A DNA stretch of 61,727 bases, the filler included, from Choristocarpus tenellus KU-1152 (lineage: Eukaryota; Protista; Phaeophyceae): NCBI GenBank assembly GCA_964200185.2. It is 9 parts of 9 records of this genome, joined end to end, with 100 filler letters (N's around TTAATTAATTAA, not from the genome) between each part and the next. Parts side by side here need not be neighbours in the genome. Positions count along the whole stretch, not along the records: positions 1 to 7,240 come from CAXNAD020006481.1; positions 7,341 to 10,340 come from CAXNAD020023033.1; positions 10,441 to 17,351 come from CAXNAD020007083.1; 6 more parts are not named here. The stretch is one strand, 5' to 3'. Every line of letters starts with the position of its first letter. The first letter of the stretch is position 1. Positions 1-12,361 of this stretch are shown in pieces. The notes beneath the pieces were generated by a model, which saw only the letters and a list, made by a program, of their open reading frames with translations, ran no database searches and was not told the DNA's origin. Position numbers and translations under genes: made by a program.

Positions 1-2040
1 TTTGCCCCACGGTTCACACTCACTCGATGTTCCTAGTGAGATGAGGCTGACGACCAAAGGTAAAGGATTTGTAGGCAACCTCCCCAACCAAATCTACACA
101 GATATTTGTAACTTACCTCCTGTCACTCAAGACGCAACATTACGGTTCCGCTCAACAGTTCAGTGTGGGTGGATGGGGATAAGGAACTGTGCACATTGCA
201 CCTTCTTCAGGCGGGTGGAAAACGTTGGTGGTGGGAGGTGTCACATCCACTCTATAATCGATGCAACGAGAGAGGTCGAGTTGAGAGTGTGGTGTACTAC
301 TGTATTGTGTTGGTGTCTGTTCCTCTGATGAAAATGTGGTGAAGAACCTTTTTATTTCTCTCCTGGGTGTCCCTTGCGACATCCTCTTTTGTGCTTGGTC
401 CTTCTACCTCATGTTGCATTCATTTCTTCACGCTTTGTCTATAGTATCCCTTCTATCTTGAAAATTGAATGCACTTAGATGAACAAAACACGTTGTTTGC
501 AACAATAATGCTGTGTCATGTGGAGAAGCGATCCTCCTGATTTTTCCTGTGTCTCACTTGCAATAACCACGATGGGATACTGCGAACCGTCTTATGGGCA
601 GGATGGGATGGTAGTGATGCAGTGCGTGGGTAACGAGGGGATGTGTTACAGCATGCCTCTCAGAACTTACCTCCACAGGATGTACAACTCAAATCCAATG
701 ACCTTAAAACGACGCTATGGGGGCGTTGCCCTTGATAACAGTTTGTAGGGTGTCAGGTGTCCTTCTCTTCTTGATATTCCACTCAGTGCTTAGCTCAAAG
801 CTCGACTCAAAGTTTCGTTCAAGATAAAAAGTAAGGACTGGAGGTAAAAAGGGGTGATCGTTTGACCAAAAGCCCTCTTATTATTTTCATCATCCACCCA
901 ATTTCTTTGGTATTCTATGCACCTGCTCTACACGTACTCCAATCATAAACCTTTATTCTGCAACTTCTTGGGGACTTTGACAAATGTTACGTATGCATTC
1001 CGAATCTTACTCTGTATCTTCTATGAAATCATCATTTATTCTGTAAGGCTACCAATCAATGTGTTACTAATATCGTATATTGTTCGCACTTGTTAGAACA
1101 CGAGGAGCAATCCTCGCATTATACGTCTGTCACAAATGTTGTTCGTGTTTGCTAAAGCATGAGAAGAAATGCTCGCGCTATTCGCCTGTAACAGATGCCA
1201 CCTTGGTGGGGAACAAGGAGGGGAAGCTCCAGAAGTAGGTAGTAATCACTGTGTTCCACAAGCCCCAGTGTAGAAAAATATTACTGTGAAGTATGAACAT
1301 TGTGGGGTGTGTGTGCCTTGGTAAGCCCGCGAGGGCTTTGCTGGGGAAAGAGAGAAATAGTCTCGCTTTTGTGACCATCCAACCAAACAATAACTGCCTT
1401 CTACATTATCTTCTGTCAGAAATCATTCCTTGAGAGTCCGTTCTCTGTGCCTCTGCTGCACCCCCTCAGACAAACACATTCGGCCCCTCACCTCGCCTTT
1501 CTAAAGCTTCACCCAGACCAGGGATATAACTGATGCAAGTAAACCTCCAAAATTCGGTGATGACGACCAGGACACATCTAAAACTGAAAGCTCTGTGAGG
1601 TTGGCCCCATTTTCAGCCAGTCAAACATGCCAAAGCCATTCCTCACTCGGTTTAAGAAGCTGGTGGCTTCACTGTGAGGTGGTGTTGCACAGGGTAAACG
1701 TTAGACTCGAAAGTAGCTTCAAAATGGGTTGCAAGCAATGGAGTGAACTACCACAACGTTGGACATCTAACCCTCACTACTTGATGCGCTATTGGGTGCT
1801 TATAGACTGCTAAACTTTTGCCAAGGTATGGATGAAATGAATTATCTTTTTTGAATAACGGAACCTCTATTTCTCTGGATCATCTGAATTTTTCGCAAGC
1901 TTAGCTTTGCCATTGAACTCAAAATTAGGCGACCGAGTGCCAACGATTCCTCTTCTCATTCCGCCACCGCCTCTTTGGGTGTAAGAAAGTGACCAAAACA
2001 GAGGTTTAACGAGGCTTTGTACCATGTAAGTGTGCCAAGA
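1..2040 (-). mobile_element. Heavily decayed Ty3/Gypsy-like LTR retrotransposon pol relic
   Basis: Minus-strand translation, with many stops and frameshifts, gives WVDD (RT YxDD-like, ~885-900) upstream of RNRNVA (TDHRNL-like RNase H motif, ~135-150). RT-then-RNase H order fits. No intact ORF; boundaries approximate. Confidence 0.4.
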
Positions 2041-2645
2041 AAATATATTCAGCGGGGAAAGACGACAGTCACTGGGTGAACACTAGTATTGCAACTAGGG
2101 TTGAGTACAAACAGCAATATCCACTGTCCACCATTTTACCTATCGTTTGTTGTGTTATTAGTAGGGCAATATCACTGCTCTGTCTGAGCATATATATACT
2201 ATCTACTAGTATTATTTAGTAAATTGACATCGTGGTCTTCGCAAATAGAAGCAACATACACAACAACAACAGAATATGTCCTTTACGACAAGGACCTTCC
2301 TATCCACCAAGTAACTCTAGGTGTATACTTAACTAAAACAAGAAACCGATGTCAATGGCAGTACCATGACCACTATTATTATCATACAACCTAGAAGTTG
2401 TGGATGGGCAGGCAACACACAACTCGCCATCAGTCCGGCGCATCGTATGACTTGGGACCGAAACCGTTGACGACGTACGTCAATGAATGATACTACGTAC
2501 GATACACATTTTTATGCTCGCTGACATTTTACAGACCAGTCAGGGAAGGGTTAATACCAATAAAAACTTACTACAATATGCTACTTGTGGTTGCACAAGA
2601 AAAAAATCCATCAATTACTCACATGGGAGGAACATTGAGACCTCT

Positions 2646-2785
2646 GGCTTAAAGTATCTGGGGGAGGGGGTGGCGACTGTTCATTCGGAGCCATTTTTTT
2701 TGTTTGTCACGATTTTTGTGTGATTTTGTTTGCATGCGTTGGATGGATAATGTAATTGCACTTTTGCTTGTCAGGACCCGAATGT
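2646..2785 (+). mobile_element. MITE family A, degenerate partial copy
   Basis: ggcttAAAGTATCTggggga... aligns by eye with the copies at 7447-7624 and 60862-61034; the right end is missing. Confidence 0.7.
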
Positions 2786-3165
2786 ATTGACACATACTCG
2801 GGGTATGCAGACAGTGCTGTTAGAATGTCATCAGCGAGGAGAAGCCATATTTTGGGACATTTGTCCCACCTAAGGACAATCGAAGTTTCTTGCACAGTTA
2901 ATCAACATAAAAAATAGAAACATTTGAGTATTGTTCATAGTAACAATCACTAACGTTCCATAGTGTAGTTCAATGGCACAATATAAAAATAACAAGATGG
3001 TGTAAGGAGCACTCATTTCATCACTTCTGTCCTCCAATTCAAACTAAACTACTAACAAACTGAGTGAGGATCAACAGCAGTCACCCTGGCAAGCTCAAGT
3101 CATCAATCCGCAACGGAAGGATACAACACTCTAGAATAGTTTCCCTTGCAAAAAACCCTGACACA

Positions 3166-3422
3166 GAGTCAAAGCATGTTAAAGGGTATAGCCGCATCCA
3201 TTTGGGGGTCAAAATCCAACTCTGCAACTTTGATATAATTTCGGCTAATGTGTTTTTTAGGAAGTGTCAATATCCTTGTTTTGGACACACCTTTCTATAA
3301 CGTACACGTTTTACCTACTCCGAATTTCAAATTAGGTAAAATGCCATTAAAAACCCGCGGGAAGCCAGGCCCCAAATGGACAAACAGGGGAAAAATCCGT
3401 ACCCTCTAAGATACTTTCACTC
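3166..3422 (+). mobile_element. MITE family B (~257 bp)
   Basis: Starts gagtcaaagcatgttaaagggta and ends taccctctaagatactttcactc (imperfect TIRs); colinear with 8701-8964, 35048-35257 and 40706-40963. Confidence 0.85.
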
Positions 3423-3479
3423 AGAATCTACTTCCACTCTTCTAACAATTTTAACCCTTACGGAACCACTACAAGATAG

Positions 3480-6400
3480 TACAAAATAGCATTGATCCTA
3501 ACCCCCCAAAACCATGCAGGAGCAACATAACTCAAGTCTAGATTAACACAGTATAGGTCGCATTGACTGGGTAACATCAACACAGTCACAACCCAAAAGT
3601 CAACAATGGTTAAATCCCCATTGGTTGTAGTCATCCATAGGTAACAACGAGTGGGATGGCGAATGGATCATAGCCCAAATAGGGTGATTACACCAGAAAT
3701 CCATGCTTGACCTTTACCAACATCAGGAGGCATTAAAAAAGTGTCAAAATGAACAACTTTCTCATCTCTACCTCTTAAATCCCTAACCCTGACATAGAAG
3801 TGGGTAGAGGCATAAAACATAGTACATGCTTCGTACTTCACTTCTACTCCATGGTTTCCTGTGCCACCAGGGAATTGGAAATGGAGGGACTCCTTCATTG
3901 GAGGTATCACTCCAAAGATCGAAAAGATGTCCTGCCTACACTGTACACAATGGAATGTGCAAGATACTCTAAAAGAGGATGGGGGAGGGGGGGGATTCTT
4001 CCTATCGACTTGATTTACTAAAAGAAAAAATGCATACAAGTGCGAAACCTTTTCTCCTGCTTGACTCATTACTCTAATGTATGAAACTGTATCTCATCAT
4101 GTAATGTTCTACTGTTCTCCCCACTCTTCAATATATCTATTTAGGCATTTGCCGGTAACACCCGTGGAGCATTATTCTCATCAGGTACCTGCCAGAGAGG
4201 GGGGTAGCGGCATGAGCGGCAACAAGGACAGCAGGATGGGACTGGATTATGTGCAGCTTGGCCAATAGGAAGAAACATCTCTTGATAAACTAATCAAAAC
4301 GATTAGTCACAAAGTATACTTACACCCAATATCTGAAACAGCAACAGGACAATCCCATTCCAACCAAGGGGGAAGCAAAGGTTGCAGGATGGCATGATCC
4401 TATTGACTAGAAGCAATACCTGGGCAACTCCATCGGTGCAAATATAATTCTTCATACCAACCCCCCAACCCCCCCACCTCCCTATTCCCTATTTTTGGTG
4501 CAACTCTCCTGACTTTCCCCACACCTCTGCACTACAATGCGTCTACAAAATAGTGTCCAATTAAGAATCCATTGAAGTCCCTAGTAAACATACTGACAAA
4601 AAAACAAACCAACGCCTGTACTCTCTTTACTAAACCCCCCCACCTTTACCACATTCCCACACTCACAATTAATGAGGGGCCGAGACGAACCACCACCACC
4701 AGGTGGACAACAAACACAGTCATGTACTCTCAATTTGAACAACATGACTGCCGGACACTCAGCTCTCGGGGGGTACTGAATATATAAAAAATAATATACT
4801 GACTGCTGAAAACTAGTTCACCACAAAAACACAAGCAACAAACACGGCACAAATCCAGCAAACTCCTCCCCCCCCCCCCCCCCCTTCAAAAATATAGAAC
4901 AAAGATGCAGACCTCTTTAATAGTATGCGTTGTATACAGTCAAGTACAACAATTTGCTGATAAAAGAACGCAGTAGGCTTTGCTAATCCCCCAACTGATG
5001 CCAAGAAACCATTGCATGCAAAACTCGACAGAGCAACTATACAGAACACTAGCATTGCCACTGATAAAAAAACAAAGACCCCTGAGGCAGTAAGTACACC
5101 ATGCAGCACATCACACACCATCAACACACTTCAAAAAATCACATCACCACCACAGGAGCATGCTTACCATCTTATACCCCCTCGCCGCCAAGAGTGCCAT
5201 GTTCTGAGCATAAACCCTCACTCCTGTCACCTGCCAAGCTCCCCCCCAAAATACACCAAGACGAAATGCAGTTGACACATGGGACAGCAAGTCAACACAA
5301 CAACAGGAATTAGTCCACTCCATTTGTTGCACAGTATCCCGTGTATTCCTAAATGTCTCGGACTGTGGCCTACTCATGCATCGGTCCACAAATTAAATGC
5401 CACAACACATACAGCACTTCCAAGAGATGGGTTAACATTAGACAAAATGCCCCCCCCACGCAACTACTCTCTATGCCCCAGCCAAGGGAACGACAAAATG
5501 AGAACGAAGCATTCAACTACACATGTAATGATTCAATCAGAAAACAGTCGTTCAAAACTCCCAGTCATGCCTTATGCATACCTTATCCTCCCTACGATCC
5601 ACAGTTACAAAGTAGGCTGCAGGGTAAGAGACCTCAGTGGGTGCAGCACCCTTTGGGATAGGAGAAGGATGGAGACAATACAAGGTGTGGGTAGGAGGGG
5701 GGGGAGGGGGCATTCAGTACCTACATTTGAAGTACTAGTAACAAAAAAAAATTTTAGTAGCTATTGCTACGCACACTGAGTGGCGGATATCCCCCAACTA
5801 TCTATCGTCAGACGCTGCTCCCCCCTCTCTTCCCTTCTACCTACTCAAAAAACATAAAAAAAGTATCTCCGCGAAAAAAATGATGTCCAAGGGGTTTGAA
5901 CTCACAAAACCCTCGCAGGTAGTAGTGAAATGGTTCTATTTCCCCCCCATGAAACAACCGGTCAAGAAAAAAAAAGTACATTGCATTGTGAAGGGAGCGG
6001 AAGAGCCAACAGATTGTATCAGTGTGACCAAAATATGCGTGCAACAAAACTTGTACACTACAATCACTCGTCTGCAGAAAAGCAACCATACCCAGCAACC
6101 GACACCACCTGCCCAGATGGATTCTGTCGAGGGGTCCCTATAAAAAAAAAACTAGAACAGGACTTCATTCATCTCGTCCCCCCCCCCCCCTTTCCAAAAA
6201 ATGTTTCTTGACAAAGATTAAAATAATTCTGCTTCTATCCTGAACAAAAAAACACTTGTCACCTCCAGCACCCTATTCACACCACACCGTCTCCTACTCA
6301 CTGAAACCACACAGATTCAATACGAATCAAGCGACGAAATTTACTTCACTCTAATAAGAAAAAAATACATTTATTTTTCTAATGCCAAGGTTTTACATTT

Positions 6401-6706
6401 TTTTTTTCTTGAAAAAATTTTTCAGGGAACGCCCTCCAAAAAAGTAGAGCAACGTATGATGCCTGCGTAGACACTCCCCACCCTCAGGTGCCATGCTGAC
6501 CTTGGACCCGACCGCCTCCGCCACAACTGTAGCCTCAACAACAAACTCCAGCTTGCCTAGGGACACCAGCTGGACCAGCAAGGCATGCATAACAAACACG
6601 CCAGTACAATACAAGACGGTAAGGGGAGACTGGGAATGTGGGAAAAGAAGGTTACTGGAGCATGTAGAACGGTACTCAGGATGGATGGATGGATGGATGG
6701 ATGGAT
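3480..6706 (+). mobile_element. Probable decayed non-LTR retrotransposon fragments
   Basis: A/C-rich plus strand, broken ORFs (GGLG-like GWGRGGILP near 3980) and a terminal (GGAT)n tract like the microsatellite tails of some LINEs. No decisive motif. Confidence 0.3.
6679..6706 (+). repeat. (GGAT)n microsatellite
   Basis: ggatggatggatggatggatggatggat read directly. Confidence 0.95.
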
Positions 6707-7240
6707 GCATGACTTCAGTCATCAATGACAGCATTAATGGGTGATCGAATGCTCTTACTCAATACCGGGGGCACGTTTGGCACAACACACTCTTAAGAAC
6801 CTGTTGACCACGTTCTTCTATTTAGTTACAAACAACACAGAAAAAGAAGAAGGTACAAGGACTCAGAAAGACAGAGTAGGCTGTTGTCGTTTACACGCAG
6901 ATAAAATCGGCACACCAGATCTTTTTTTTTTTTTAAGGGTTAGGGTTTGACAGTCCTTCGAGATCACACCTCACAAGCTAATCAAAGCCGGTACGAGTCT
7001 ACTGAGGGGAGAGAGTCCATATACTACACCAGTGCAAACGCCTTCTGCAGCGTCTAACAACAGCCAACAAAAATAAATAAAAGAAGGGCCTTGTAATCTC
7101 ATCGGGTGGATTGCAAGGCGAGAAACTTGCAGAGGAAATGAGAGACGTCTCATTGGGGGTGTGAGAAATGATCAAATTGGTTTTCAGCCCTCACACGCCT
7201 ATCCCCTCCTCCCCCCCCCTAACCTTGTCAAATGCCAACT

Positions 7241-7340
7241 NNNNNNNNNNNNNNNNNNNNNNNNNNNNNNNNNNNNNNNNNNNNTTAATTAATTAANNNN
7301 NNNNNNNNNNNNNNNNNNNNNNNNNNNNNNNNNNNNNNNN
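7241..7340. other. Artificial assembly spacer (44 N + TTAATTAATTAA + 44 N); identical spacers at 10341-10440, 17352-17451, 31457-31556, 34948-35047, 44796-44895, 50904-51003, 54998-55097
   Basis: Eight identical 100-nt blocks. TTAATTAATTAA puts stops in all six frames, as contig-concatenation linkers do. A different 10-N gap lies at 46974-46983. Confidence 0.97.
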
Positions 7341-7449
7341 ATTTTGGGTCAAGCCCATCCTCAATGAAAAGCTCCATCCTCAATTTTTGAAATCGGCTGT
7401 TTTTGGCCCCCAAATGGACGCGGCTCTACCCTCTAAGATACTTTGGCTC
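7341..7449 (-). mobile_element. End of an element related to MITE family B, with a different interior
   Basis: ccaaatggac-gcggctctaccctcta-agatactttggctc is the family-B short arm; the interior has two CCATCCTCA motifs matching 10280-10325 in reverse complement. Confidence 0.75.
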
Positions 7450-7624
7450 TCAAAGTATCTGGGGAGGGGGTGGCGGCTGTCCATTTGGGGTCGAGTTTTC
7501 ACGTCGCGATTTTTGGGTGATTTGGTTGCATACGTCGGATTGATAATGTAAGTGCAACTTTCCTGGTTTGGGTCCAAATGGACACCCTGGTGTAGACCGC
7601 CCCCCCCCCCAGATACTTTGGGTC
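7447..7624 (+). mobile_element. MITE family A (~178 bp), full copy
   Basis: TIR caaagtatctgggg ... ccccagatactttg with inner gtccatttgg ... ccaaatggac. Confidence 0.9.
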
Positions 7625-7637
7625 TGTATGTATATAT

Positions 7638-7862
7638 GAGTCGAAGCAGACGAGAGGAACCCAGGTTTGGGGCGTTTTGCAATTCAAGCTTTTTTAATCT
7701 ATTGCAATTCACCCATATTATTATTTCTATGAATGGAGTTCTAAGTATGACTTCAGAGCATTAATTTCTCCACCATTTGAAACATTTTGACACCATTCAC
7801 AAGGCGAATTTTGTAAGCATCCTTACAATTCAACCTTTGGCTCCTCTCGTTTGCTTTGACTG
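7638..7862. mobile_element. MITE family C (Tc1/mariner/pogo-like CAGTC ends)
   Basis: ~30-bp imperfect TIR: gagtcgaagcagacgagaggaacccaggtt versus reverse complement of the right end cagtcaaagcaaacgagaggagccaaaggtt. Non-coding; no clean TA TSD. Confidence 0.7.
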
Positions 7863-8700
7863 TGAATGTATGAATGCATGGATGTATCGATGTACGTTTA
7901 TTTTGATAGCGTAGTAATACCGTTATTTGAATTTGAATTTGAATTTGAATTTAATTGCGAACTCCTCTTCTTCTACAATACCGTAACAGCACGTACTTGT
8001 CAGGAAGAGGATTGTTCGTGGACTACAAAAAAGATCCTTTGAGTGATACCATATACGAGGGGGGTGGTGTTGAGTTCGAAGGGCACCTATGACTACCTTA
8101 TGGAATATGTGTTTCGAACGCTCTGTGAAGGGTGATTCCAGCTAACCATACTATGTTGACAAGTATCTTCCTGTACAACCACCCCTCTCTAAATTAAGGG
8201 GGTTAACTGCATTTCAGGTATGGGCATGGTGAATATTGCTCAACTCCCTAGAAGACCTTCAAACCCCCAAAAGGCCCAAAATTGATCCCCCTCTTAAATC
8301 GTTTCACTCCTCCTCCTCATCAATCGTTCGCCTACTATCCCACAGATATGATCAAGTATCACTCATAAGACGGAGAAGACAAGAACGATATATATATATA
8401 TACAGTTGGAAAAGTAAAACACAATAGGTACACATCATGTACTAATAATGCTTGTTGCCATACTACGCAGCATAGTTATGCTGTCACACACAGCAAGCAC
8501 ATCCAGCACATCAGCAGCAGCAATAGTCACTCCCTGCTCTGTACTCTTGAGTAAGAAGATTTTGTCGTTTCATAACTATACAATCCCCTTCTTTATTTCT
8601 TTATCTGACAATGCGTAACACAACAACAAATCATTACGGTTTCCACACAATACTCGCACACATTACATATCATTGCATTGTATGTAGCAATGATCCACTT

Positions 8701-8964
8701 GAGTGAAAATATCTTAAGAGGGTACGAATTTTGACCTGTTTGTCCGTTTGGGGCTTGGTTCCCCATGGGTTTTTTATTTACATTTTCCTACTACTCCAAA
8801 ATGTTTCGGAGTAGGTGAAATATGTACGTTATGAAAAGGTGTGTCCGGAACAAGGATATTGTCACTTTCTAGCATACACACGATAGTCAAAATTGCATCA
8901 AAATCGCAACATTGGATTTCAACCCCCAAAGGACACGACTCTACTCTCTAAGATACTTTGGCTC
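8701..8964 (-). mobile_element. MITE family B, reverse orientation
   Basis: gagtgaaaatatcttaagagggta ... ctctaagatactttggctc; flanks actt/acct (possible 4-bp TSD with one mismatch). Confidence 0.85.
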
Positions 8965-10440
8965 ACCTTGAACTTGTAGAAGACGCACTCAAGAAACCCG
9001 GCATCCATAACAATATACGCCCCAAATGTATCCCCCCTTCCTTTCACCCACCGCATACCTTTGTAAACACGAATGTATTCATTCATTACTGTATGTATGT
9101 AGAAAATAGAGCTCTATAATATACATAAATGTAGCATATATATGTTGATGTATTCCAGACTCTAATTTCATGGATGAAATATTTACTTCCAAGTACGGAC
9201 AATTCCAGGTGCTTCTCCTGACGTTTGTTTGAACTGGGAGACTGGTAGTACTCTCCTGACTCCTCCTGCCGTTCACCCCAAGTACGCCTTGCTCTTGGCG
9301 CAAGTTTACGTCGCAGTAATAATGGAGAGTGAAACTCAAAAGCTAATCTCTATGGTCGACCAGACCATACCTACTGCTAGTAATGCTACCACTATTGTGA
9401 CAATAAATGATACCCACACATGGACAAAAAAAAAGTCCGCCCACAGCATAATGACCACAAAAACTACTCAACACACCGTAAACTCTCATATCGGTCATTT
9501 CGGGATCCATTCTGGGGATTTTGATGGCACAAATCTTTCTTAGACTCTATTTTCTTCCTGTTTTCTTTGTACACAAGGTGCCTCAAACTGTGGCAGGAGG
9601 TCAATTTTCTGGAGAAATAAGATACTAACGCCAACTAAATGTAAGGGGGTCAACCCTGTCAGTATGAAGGTGCAATATTTTTTGTTTACTACTGATGGTT
9701 TAAGATGTACCCAACATCCTGTAATGTTGACAGTTTCGCTACTCTTACATCACACTGCAACCTATGTAAATCCCTGACCCCAGCACTGCGTATCCACGTT
9801 GACATAGGATGGTTTCGACGAAGAAAACCTCACCAAAGCAAGGTAGTAGCTTAAACCCATGAACCACTGACTTACTAGATACTTCGTCTTTCGGAGTTCA
9901 AACGAATTTGCGTTGTGGAAGAACCTCTGTATCATAGGGGGAAGGCATTTCTTACAGCTTCGCCATGTGCCGGACGTAGACCAACTCGGATTTCATTTAA
10001 ATTTTCCGGCAACTTCATTCTACTGTTAGACCGTCATTTAACTTCATCTTGACATAACAATTGCACAGGTGCCAACATAGGCGTGTCAAATTGCTTAAGA
10101 GATCCCCCCCCCAAACCCCTGAAAATATCTTGTACATTTAGAGCATACCCCAATAACTGTTCGATCTGATGCTGGATAGAGGAAGAACATTGTTTCATGA
10201 AGTGCACTTAAAGGTTACCACTAAAGTACCTGGAGTAGATATTTCTGCATGTTCCAAGACAGAGAGGGAACCAATAACAGTGGATTCGCAAAATTGAGGA
10301 TGGAGCGGGACTATGAGGATGGTTGTTTTGCGAAAACGGCNNNNNNNNNNNNNNNNNNNNNNNNNNNNNNNNNNNNNNNNNNNNTTAATTAATTAANNNN
10401 NNNNNNNNNNNNNNNNNNNNNNNNNNNNNNNNNNNNNNNN

Positions 10441-10885
10441 CATACATATATTACCGTAACTGTCCGATAGAGTTGGAAGAGTCTAATCGAACAGCATGTT
10501 CATCAAAATCTTCACATGCTATCAAAAAACTTGAACTGGCAAATTCTTGGTTAGCACATCTGCCCTGTGATTTGCGGTACCAACAAAGACAACACGAACC
10601 TCTTCTTCTCTAGATAAGTCCCTCTCAGAGAATGATGTCGAATATCAATGTACTTTGTTCTAGTAGAGAGCTTGTGGCATTTTGTACTGGTTTGCATACA
10701 CCATCGTTATCCTCAGACATGTCAATGCAACACCTAGGAAACTGTGGCTGAATAAACTCAATAATGCTCCTCAAGAAAAGTAATTCTTGTGCCACACTGC
10801 TAAGAGCTATGTATTCACTCTCCGTGGAAGACAGAGCTACAACTCTTTGTACGTTTGTATTTTTACCAATCCGCACCTTGTGCAT
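10441..10885 (-). mobile_element. Ty1/Copia RNase H remnant followed by an LTR start
   Basis: ORF 10625-10885 contains QRVVALSSTESEYIAL...EDN (Copia RNase H signature). 10441-10492 matches the LTR end at 12310-12361 and 54050-54090. Confidence 0.85.
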
Positions 10886-10889
10886 ATTT

Positions 10890-11945
10890 CTCTGGCCTTG
10901 GTCAGCCCCCTGGTACGGGATCCTGTCGTCCCAGGGTGTGTACGAGGACCAGTCGTACCTTGGTTGCCACCTCAGCTAACCCCTAGCTGGGTCTGGGCGG
11001 AGAGAGCGCTCCCTGACTCTCCGCGATCAGCTGCTTCCCGTTGATGAGAGAAGTAGCGCCAACGAGAAGCTTGCCGTATCGTGGCTCTCGAACGCGCACT
11101 CTTATGATGGTGCTAGAGATAACGTTTGGTGATCTGATAGTCGTCATCCAAACAATCTAACATAGCGATTTGGACCTGCTCGGACATCACATGTCCCATC
11201 ACTGCCATCTGGCCAACCCAGTCCAACATCATTGTAAGAGTGATTTGGGGGTCTGACTCCCGCGGCATCTTGACTGTCATCACCCTCCTTTGGAGTCTGG
11301 CTATTCCCTCATCTTAGTAGATAAGGAAGTGATCACGTACCTGTTGCCAAGCTCCTGATGGCGATGCTGCATTGCAGACAATGCACCTGTAGAACCCGCT
11401 GGTACTTCATAACAGGACGTCATACCTCTTCACTGACATCTTCCCCCTTAGTGAATTCAATGTCACCCATTCTGATGGGTTCCCTTCTATGCTCCAATGC
11501 CTCATCAATATCCCCCTTCGCCCCCAAAAATGCACGGGTTGAAGCGAACCAGTCTGCATAGTTGTCATCCGCGAGTTGAAGGAGTTTGGTGTGGATTCCA
11601 TCTGAGGCCGTGAGTGATATAATACCAACTCAAACCAAACCAGTCTGGCTGCGCCTAACCTACCAGAGTTTGGATTATGACGCTTAAGCGTGTTGAAGAA
11701 CTTGGCGCATATAAGGCTCCTCATCGAAAGCTAGTAGTTGAGTTACATGGTAAAGCATCAACTGAATAATTAATTGCCCATCAGCCATCCATCATCATTG
11801 ACGTGGAAATAAATGTTGACTTATTATATTTTTATGCACGTTCGTACTTTGTATCGTACCTAACTAATTATAAACGTACATATAACCTATGCTATATGCT
11901 TGGATTAGCACAGATAACGTTAGGATAACACTAGGTTATTCAACA
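10890..11945 (-). mobile_element. Copia-type gag remnant with putative LTR (~11730-11945)
   Basis: Broken minus-strand frames DDNYADWFASTRAFLGAKG ... RLQRRVMTVKMPRESDPQ ... LDCLDDDY resemble Copia gag; the segment begins TGTTGA on the minus strand at 11945. Confidence 0.55.
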
Positions 11946-12075
11946 ATCCGCTACCGTCGCCATAAGCTGCCGGAATTCTTGAACTGATGGGCCCTCGGCA
12001 GGGACAGGTAAAATCTCATCTCCACGTGTAGACATGATGAAATGATGGGTTAGAAACCTAAGGTTCAACATCTTG

Positions 12076-12361
12076 TGTTGAAGTATCGCCCAAATCATCC
12101 AAGAGAATAAATGTGATAAACCCAGCAAGATTGTTTGATGTCTGTAGAGTGATTGATTAAAGCTAGGTGGGGCATGCAGCACCCCATAAAATCAGAAATA
12201 TTTCCTTTTATACGAGAAATGTTCTCATATAGGTAATCACTGATAGAAGGTTCTGATCACTTAATCACTAATGATTGTTCTCTTACTCCATATACAGTTT
12301 ACAATAATAACCGTCCGATAGAGTTCGTAAGTGTCTTATCGAACAAGAGTCTAATCGAACA
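12076..12361. repeat. LTR (TG...CA) with a duplicated terminal ~16 nt
   Basis: Colinear with 53826-54090; ends ...cttatcgaaca agagtctaatcgaaca. Confidence 0.75.

Noticed and set aside
7285-7296. TTAATTAATTAA as a biological motif or repeat array
   Set aside because: Always centred in identical N blocks; it is an assembly linker.
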